A DNA stretch of 63,244 bases, counting the filler. It is 14 parts of 14 records of this genome, joined end to end, with 100 filler letters (N's around TTAATTAATTAA, not from the genome) between each part and the next. Parts side by side here need not be neighbours in the genome. Positions count along the whole stretch, not along the records: positions 53,041 to 59,543 come from SRR15195285_912; positions 59,644 to 63,244 come from SRR15195285_913; 12 more parts are not named here. One strand, 5' to 3'. Positions 56,001 to 63,244 of the stretch are shown one piece after another. The notes below the pieces were generated by a model, which made no database searches, was not told the origin of the DNA, and saw only the letters and a list, made by a program, of their open reading frames with translations. Both the position numbers and the translations under genes were made by a program. The first letter of the stretch is position 1; every line of letters begins with the position of its first letter.

Positions 56001-59000
56001 CGAAGGCAAAACGCCGTTGGCGGATGGTGAGAATCCAAATTACTTGATGCCGGGTGGGAAACAATGCTACGCAAGGCTCGTCGAAGATATCAGTCTACCC
56101 GTTGATGCTCTGTACGCCCCTTCGGTCACGTTCAGTGTGCATACGGAAGGTGCGCCTTGCATTACCTAGCCTGAGTTGTACTTCACCCCTGTCAAGTAGC
56201 TGCTATCGGAGGTGTGACCTAGTGATGAATCTTTCTGGGCTCCGGTCAGCAAATGCATGTTGTCAGATACCACAGCCCTAGCTAGCCGTTCTCGTTCGTT
56301 GAATCACGACAGTGCCGCTGTCCAGTGCACACATGAACGCAGACTGGTGTTGTGCGCAGATGACGAGGATAGTGTTCCTATTGGTTTTGCTGACCTCAAC
56401 CTCGCCAAAGTTATTCAGGCTGGTAGGTCGCTTGAGCTTCTATCCAGCTTCGCTGGCTCCAACTTAGAGCCCGAGCCCGAGCCAGCAACGACCAGGCAGA
56501 GTGGCAACATGATTGGCCATGCCACAGATGTTGCGATGGAGGCAATGAAGGCAGGCGAAAAATCTATAGAGGCTGGTGTACATGAGACTGTGGATCTAGT
56601 AGAAGAGGGCTTGGGTGAGACAGTCAGGGCTGCAGAAAACGTTGAGCATGCCTTAGAAGCTGAAGCGAAGCTACTGATGCAGACAAGTGGTCTGCGAGGT
56701 TACTCGCTGGTGCAAGAAGATGACAATTCGTCTGACGAAAGGTCAGACGAGGGCAATGACACGAATGATCACGGCGCCAAGCCAATTCTTGGTCGATACA
56801 AGAGTCAGAAGACCGTCGTGTATCCGTCTGCAGCCGCCGCCGCGCTAGCGCTCGGGTTATCTGCCGAACAGGTTGCCAAATGCTGTGAAAACGAAACATT
56901 CAGATCGGATTTTCGCGCCAATACCGGCTACACCTTTAAAACGGCTGAAGAACCCCGTGGAAAACTCGAGCGAGACCCAGAGTGGCGGGTTGGTAGGCGC
57001 AAAGCTCTTGACGAGCTCGAAACCGTGCACGAGATTGATGCGTTCACAACCCTGGTGCTTCGCTCGCCTGACGAAGGTGCGCCATCGCCTGGCTGCGTGA
57101 AGGTTCGCCTGACAGCCACTGAGCGACTCGAGAAATCGGTCCCTGGTGCAACAACACATTTGCTGCCTCCGGGATTGCCGTCCCCTCACGAGAACACCAG
57201 CGCTAGCATGACCAAGAGCGGGATTCAACCCCGCGATGTAATCGTCCGATTGTACGCCATCCGGGCCTTTGCTTTGTCAGCGAAGGATGCCGGCAACACA
57301 TCTGATCCTTATTTGATGGCGACGATTGATGATGCGGACGGCGATCCACAAGACGGAGTCTGGCCCAAAGGAGCTGTGGTTAACGGGAAAGACATGGGTG
57401 GAAAAAAGGTGGAAATCAGTCCCCTGCAGAATACTCTGAATCCTCACTTTGGGCAGATCTTCCAATGGCAGATCCAGCTGCCTGGTCCTCCTCTGAAGAT
57501 TGCGGTCAAAGACCACGATGACATACTCGAAGGAGGCGTTGATGATCTAATTGGGGAGACTACGATCGATCTAGAGAATCGGTTCTTCTCACACGCCTGG
57601 CAGAGTCTGGGGCACCATGAAGGCTTTGATATGAAGTTCCCGATCGAGCAGCGCGACTTGATTGGTGAGAGCGGGGTGACGCAGGGTGTTCTTGAGTGCT
57701 GGGTCGAGATATTCCCACGAGAAGACATGCAGCTGTTCCCAGTCATGGACATCGCTGCACCACAGAAGCAAAAGTTTGAGCTGCGGGTAGTCGTATGGGA
57801 TGCGATTGAAATGAAGGCGATGGACACCGGTGCCATGAACGACCTGTTCGTGACTGGTACTCTCATGTATAGGGATAAGAGGAACAAGCTCAAAAACGTT
57901 AGCCGAACGACCGATATCCACTGGCGATCGCAAAAAGGAAAGGGATCGTTCAATTATCGGTTGGTCTACAAGGACCTTGAGCTGCCTATGACAATGCCTG
58001 GAGCTGAAGAAAGCGAATTTCCAAGATTTGTTGTCAAGGCGTACGATCAGGACGTCATCGGCGGAAACGATTTGATTGGGACAGAACAGGTGCGGGAGAT
58101 CAAAGACCTATTCAAGCGAGCCTGGTGTAAGTTTGAGACGCAACAGAAACGGGACCATGAGCTGGACAGGATGACTGTGCCGCAGCTTCGTGTCGAGGCC
58201 CGGCGGATGTACGACAAGATACTTGGTAAGACGACCAGCCAGCTCGAGACTGCAAGGAGTGCGGTGGTTAAGAATGCTAAGCAGATTGAAAGCTTACGCA
58301 AGCAGCAAGCCAAGCAAAGAAAGGCTAGAGAGAAGGTAGACGAGCTGCCGGAGTCGAAGCTCCGGCGGTTTCTCATGGAGGATCCAACAAGACAGCTAGA
58401 AAATACAGCAGTCAAGTTCCCTGAACCGTCATCGAAATGGGTTCAACACAAACTCAAAGGCGATACTGGAATGGCTCGCATATACTATCAGCACATCAGC
58501 TCGAACGAGCTCACACAAGAAGCACCAATGGATGGCATACTTAGGCAAGTCTTCGTGGACCCTTCGGACCGCCGGGCGGCGCAATTCTTGCGAGAGTACG
58601 AGAAAGCTGGACGCCACGATACTGAGCGCGATAAGGGAGTACGAATGTGGGATATCGAAATGCAGCATCGCTCTGGGACGGAATCAGCTAGCTCGAAGTA
58701 CGGATTGCTCATCATGCCCCGTGCCGTCACCACTGAATATTAGAGATTTTGTGCTGAACCAATCGGCTGGCTTGATCTGACTGCACGTTTGGATGTGCAT
58801 TGATGTTGCCTATTTTGTGCGTGTCGTGTCACGGTTGCAGTGGCGCTTCGGCGGAGACCGCGGGTCGGTTTTGGCAGCGCATCTCTGGTGGGACAGCATC
58901 CACTCCTGGACGCTTCGATGCTGCAGTCGTCTTGAGGGGAACAGACGACGCCTCCTCAGAATCTGAAGAGGACGACGACCATGGCGGCAGCCGAGGCACG

Positions 59001-59342
59001 GTCAACCGGTGGACACAGGTTGGCAAGGTCTTTGTTCAGTTTGAACTTCTCCCACAAGCACTGGCAAACGAGCGCAGCTGTGGCCACGGCCGTTCGGCGC
59101 CAAATCAGTATCCCGAGTTGCCACCCCCCGTTGGAAGAATCAAACTTTCTCTGAATCCGTTGAGCAATCTCTCGGCCCTCATGGGTCCCGACTTGGCGCG
59201 GAAGTTGTGTCTACCGCTCGCTTGTATTGGGGTGTTCTTCATCCTAGTTGCTTTCGCGCAGATCAAACCGATTGCGTCAATGCTAGCGAGCTTTTTCAGC
59301 ACCATTGCGGGTATTTTCCGACAGCTGTTTCGATGGCTGTAA
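53071..59342 (+). CDS. Ferlin-family multi-C2 tail-anchored protein (~1970 aa) with N-terminal ZZ-like zinc finger
   Basis: join(53071..56149,56360..58697,58841..59342); the frame is open to the contig start. C2 domains with SDPY, WLNFYGA..YRGRVLLS, VPDIFV, DDLIGETTIDLENR, FELRVVVW, TDIHWRS..GSFNYR, GHGRSAPNQYPELPPP and a C-terminal TM. Confidence 0.92.
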
Positions 59343-59522
59343 TGCAAACTGAGCAGCATGTGAAATGGAGCGCGCTACTGACGCTATTACGTCTTAGTTA
59401 GCGCTTCAACCGGTTGAGCCAGGTAGTCCACTGCTTACACTTGCGAACCATGCCAACCACACGGAGAAACCAGTCAGGAACTCTTGTGTTCTGGTCAAAG
59501 TGTATTAAAGTTCCGTGACACT

Positions 59523-59543
59523 GGGCATAAGGCCCTTATGCCC
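59523..59543. repeat. 10-bp inverted repeat with 1-nt spacer at contig end
   Basis: GGGCATAAGG-C-CCTTATGCCC. Confidence 0.85.
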
Positions 59544-59842
59544 NNNNNNNNNNNNNNNNNNNNNNNNNNNNNNNNNNNNNNNNNNNNTTAATTAATTAAN
59601 NNNNNNNNNNNNNNNNNNNNNNNNNNNNNNNNNNNNNNNNNNNCGCGCGCGCGCGCGGCGAGAGACATCTTGCATGCATCGCAGCGCCGCGCGGCGCGCG
59701 CTGCACGCCGGGGCGGAGATGGAGGTGCTGCTTGTGAGCGCCGAGTGTCGTAGCCTAGAAAACTGTACTCTAGACATCTAGTACATACATACTACGGCAG
59801 ATCTCTCTGCAGTGGTCGCTCGCTGTGCACACACATAATCAC

Positions 59843-62356
59843 ATGCCAGACTTGAGGAGCCCGCTGGTGACGTCCGTGTCAGAGGAGCCAACAGAGCAGC
59901 GGCAGCAGCCACAGAGTCAGCAAGGCACCATCGTGCAGAATCTGGTCGCTGGCGCCACCACGAGTTTTGCTGCGATCGCTCTCGGTGCGGCCTTTGGCGA
60001 TGCCTGTGGGCGTGGTGCTCTGGTCGGGATTCTCTCGGCCGGCACGATAGCCGTGATCACTGCCGCCCTTGGTGGCACTCGCGTCCAGTGCTCAGGACCG
60101 ACCGCACCGATGACTACCGTCACCACGACGGTTGTGGCATACAGCCGCGGCGCCCTGTTGGACGACATCACCAGTGATTTCGACGCCAACAGCCCAGGCT
60201 GTGGGCAGGACTACGACAGCACACTCTGCCCTCTACCGGACAGGTTCGTGAACATCGTGCTCATGCTGGGTGGCCTGTTCATCGTATTGATGGGTGCACT
60301 TCGCCTCGGGCAGTACATAACGCTCGTACCAAACATTGTGATCTCGGGATTTATGAACGGCATCGCTGTGCAAATCTGGCAGAAGGAGGTGATCCGGTTG
60401 AGTGGATCTGTGCTTGGCATCGAACCTTTGATACGAGGCGACTGGCGCATCAACCTGTGCATCACGTTCTGCACTACCGCGCTCTGTTTTCTATTGCCGA
60501 AGCTTAGTGAGTGGCTGCAAGTACCATTGGCAAGCATTAGCCTTTCACGCTGCTCGTGGATCGACTGACAATCGAGCGGGGTGTTACAATTGGATATTTT
60601 GTGCACAGACCAAAAGCTGCTGCCGATCAGCATCGCCAAATCTGTCCCGACGACGCTGTGCGTGATCGGTGCACTTACAGCAGCCGGACTCGCGTTCGAG
60701 GACTGCAACACGTGCAACGACTGCGATGGTTGCATCGAGAAGACACAGCTAGGTGCCAGCCTCGAAAGCTTCAGTGGTACGCAACCCACGATGTCGCAAT
60801 TCTGATTGTTTGCCTTCGTACTCAGAGTTGCGAAAATCTCTTCTTATGCACATGGATCCATACTATGCGCGGATCTGCTCGTGCCCGTACCAGACTTGCA
60901 GAATCTTGTGAATTCTTCCATCCCAAGAGTTGACGACTTGAGCATAGCAGGTCTTTTGCCGAACGCTGTGGGCTACGCACTACAGCTAGCGATACTCTGC
61001 TATTTGGACACGCTGCTGACTTCGCTGGTGGTTGACAAGATGGTTCAAGAAAGGGACAGTTCTGACGAGACCACCAATAAGGCAAAGGAGCTCTCTGCTC
61101 AAGGCCTTGCCAACGGCGCGGTGGCTATCTTTGGAGGGCTACCTGGAGCACAAGCCACGATCCGATCTGTGCTTGTCTTGAAAGAGGGTGGTACAATGCG
61201 GCTTGCAGGAATTGCTGCAGGTGTGTCTTGTATGCATGCGAGTACCGTGTTCTCCCCCGGAACCATTAACCTGCAGACCACTGCTGCAATTTGAATGTCA
61301 GCGTTAAAGGATGAATGGCAGAAACTCTGCATCCATTCATGGCAGGCTTACCAGTGTCTAACGAGCATTGTTGCCGCACGCAGGCTGCTTCGTGCTGGTT
61401 GAGATGATTGTCCTGCAGAAGATGGTGCAGCTGATCCCGCAGGCCGTTTTCTCAGGAGTGTTGATCAAAGTCGGCTACGATGTATTTGACTTCGCACCTG
61501 TCCTTATCTATCTCAAGTCCATCGGACAAGCCCGGTGCGTGAGTGATGGGTGAAGACCTCCAGGGCAATGCCGAAACTGATTTGTTTTCTGTGTTCTAAC
61601 GACATGAGAGTGTAAATTTATGACCGCAGGATGGATGCTTGCATGTCGGTCGAAGCCCTGCGAGCACTACACACAGCTGCGGCAGCTGAGCTGGAACAGC
61701 AGAATGCACATGTGAATCTGGAGCGGAGGAGTGTCATGATTCTGGCTGACTCTGAAGCCGCAGCTATCGCTCCAGAGCATTCGGTGGAGCATCGTCGAGC
61801 AGCTGTCCAGCGCTACGCTGACGCGCTAATCGCCAAGGGCGAGCAGGCCGCTGGATGGGCTGAGGTCGAGGCTAGTGAACAGGCATATCTGAGAGGAGAT
61901 GAGGAGAGGCGCAAGAGTGTGATGTTTGCCGAGTATGCACTCTCCGCGCCTCAGCGCATGACTCGGGCACTAGTGCAGAGAACACAGAGCGCTGGCAGCA
62001 GCGCGTTCTCAACTTTGGTCGACACATCGAAGCCGCTTCCGTGTGTTGGGCACTTGGCCATGCTGTTCATTTTGGGCACTACAGTAGTCACCGTGATGGT
62101 GAATCTAAATGCCGCGGTTGGTACATTCAGCCTGGCCTTTCATCTCTTACGGAAATTGCACGGCGGTAAATTTGCGATAGACGATCTCACTATTGTCGAG
62201 ACCAGTTACGGCTTCAACGATGTGACTATTGGTAGTGTGAGCCGCGTTTCTGGACGACACTCGGTAGCAGTTGCAGCATCTGAATTCAATGATGCAAGCA
62301 GTGGTGGAGTTGAATCACTGGGAGGACAAAGTGCTTTGCCTAGAGGCACGATCTGA
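59843..62356 (+). CDS. SulP/SLC26 anion (bicarbonate/sulfate) transporter, bacterial BicA/DauA-like, 5 exons, ~678 aa
   Basis: join(59843..60506,60609..60776,60894..61220,61384..61534,61630..62356). QCSGPTAPM, LGQYITLVPNIVISGFMNGIA, YLDTLLTSLVVD, KELSAQGLAN..GGLPGAQATIRS and IPQAVFSGVLIKVGYD. Confidence 0.9.
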
Positions 62357-62415
62357 GCTCTACCGTGAACATTCTGATCAGTGCATTGGCGAGAGTCCAT
62401 GCGATTGTAAATACA

Positions 62416-62457
62416 CTAGTCTAAACTGAACCCAAACCGAGTCTAGGCTCGGTTTGG
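62416..62457 (-). other. Strong hairpin followed by CTAG|T on the minus strand (Helitron-3'-end-like, or a 3'-UTR stem-loop)
   Basis: CCAAACCGAG-tctagg-CTCGGTTTGG (62432-62457). On the minus strand it is followed by 12 nt, then CTAG (62419-62416) and T. Confidence 0.45.
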
Positions 62458-63244
62458 TGTATCGTTGAACACCCAGCTTGTGTAGACACTCCTGTTGCCC
62501 TCATCGAGCGATGCTGTGATGCTAACCGGATAAATGCGCATTAACTTGACTTGACTTGCCCAGATTCTTGCACTCCAACGTTTTTCTGTCCTTGAAAAGT
62601 CATGGGACAATTCTCGATTTGCATGTGAGCAAAATCACTTGGGTCGATCTCAGATTTACAGAAAATCGCGGAGGTTCCAGGTGGCGATCAGTTGTGAACC
62701 CTGGCGGACGGTCAATTTACACAATCTCTGTGGCACGATACTAGTGCTGCCTGGCGTTGATGATTTCGGCACGCTCGCCGGATTCGGCACTGTGAACAGC
62801 ACGGCGTGGTGTTCGAACAGGGGCACCTTGGTTGTGAGTCCATTGTATACTGTGTGCCATGCCACTGATCTCCCAGCAGCCTACTAGCAGTGAATGAGCA
62901 TCTGATGACTCGTGCTCGTGTTTGGGGCACATGGACGGTGGTGTGCTGGTCAAACTACCGGTATCGAATATGCAATCAGCCTTGGTGGCATTGGCAGACG
63001 AGTTGAATGTGGCAGTGCCCGCAGTGTGGCGAGCAGCCTCTAAATTATTAGTGCGCAGGTGGTGGCCTGAAATGCTATATAAAATCCCTGTGTTGACGAT
63101 ACCATCCATGTCACCAAGGCCCGTACAGTGGGTCAAATGCCGCCGCCGCTATCATCGCTGGAGCTTCGTCAACATGCAACGCTTCGTCATTACCGCGCCA
63201 TCGTTGGGTAGCCTCTGCTGCTCCTGCTGCTGCTGCTGCTGCTG

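Noticed and set aside
4882-59643. Regularly recurring TTAATTAATTAA flanked by Ns, and any apparent gene cluster spanning them (for example the two PL8 genes with the transporters)
   Set aside because: These are artificial concatenation linkers. They are not a repeat array or CRISPR, and adjacency across them has no biological meaning.
1-63244. Prokaryotic defence systems, CRISPR arrays, rRNA or tRNA genes
   Set aside because: None seen by eye. Bacterial-like genes (PL8, EIIC-like, SulP, GH25) all carry spliceosomal introns, so they are not contaminant operons.

Overview
This window is not one locus. It is 14 short eukaryotic contigs joined by 13 artificial 100-nt spacers (N44-TTAATTAATTAA-N44), so genes in different contigs are not real neighbours. 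The DNA is GC-rich and gene-dense, with short (about 65-210 nt) spliceosomal introns. It looks like a heterotrophic protist MAG/SAG; the taxon is inference only. Recognisable genes: AGBL4/CCP6-like carboxypeptidase, two PL8 polysaccharide lyases, a small AP2 protein, a PX-FFAT-OSBP protein, a CBM9-like protein, a truncated GH25 lysozyme, CIA30/NDUFAF1, an MFSD3/AmpG-like and a SulP transporter, a ferlin and several secreted or surface proteins. Several genes are fragmented or missing in the ORF track and were rebuilt by hand from phase-consistent splice sites, including an alpha/beta-hydrolase with at least 12 exons and a 6-exon PTS-EIIC-like transporter. The best candidate for a new system is a type II membrane protein at 1876-4773. 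It carries an acidic N-terminus, a WW domain, two copies of an unrecognised Cys6 module, an NLS, one TM helix and a lumenal sensor-like region, which is the layout of a membrane-tethered transcription factor. Other highlights are a NUMOD1-like homing-endonuclease DNA-binding motif inside the ferlin, an extended WW-like module shared by two unrelated tail-anchored proteins, Helitron-like termini, a possible foreign (viral/Polinton-like) element end, and a recurring TACTAG-based palindrome between genes. All family assignments come from motif recognition by eye; no database was searched.
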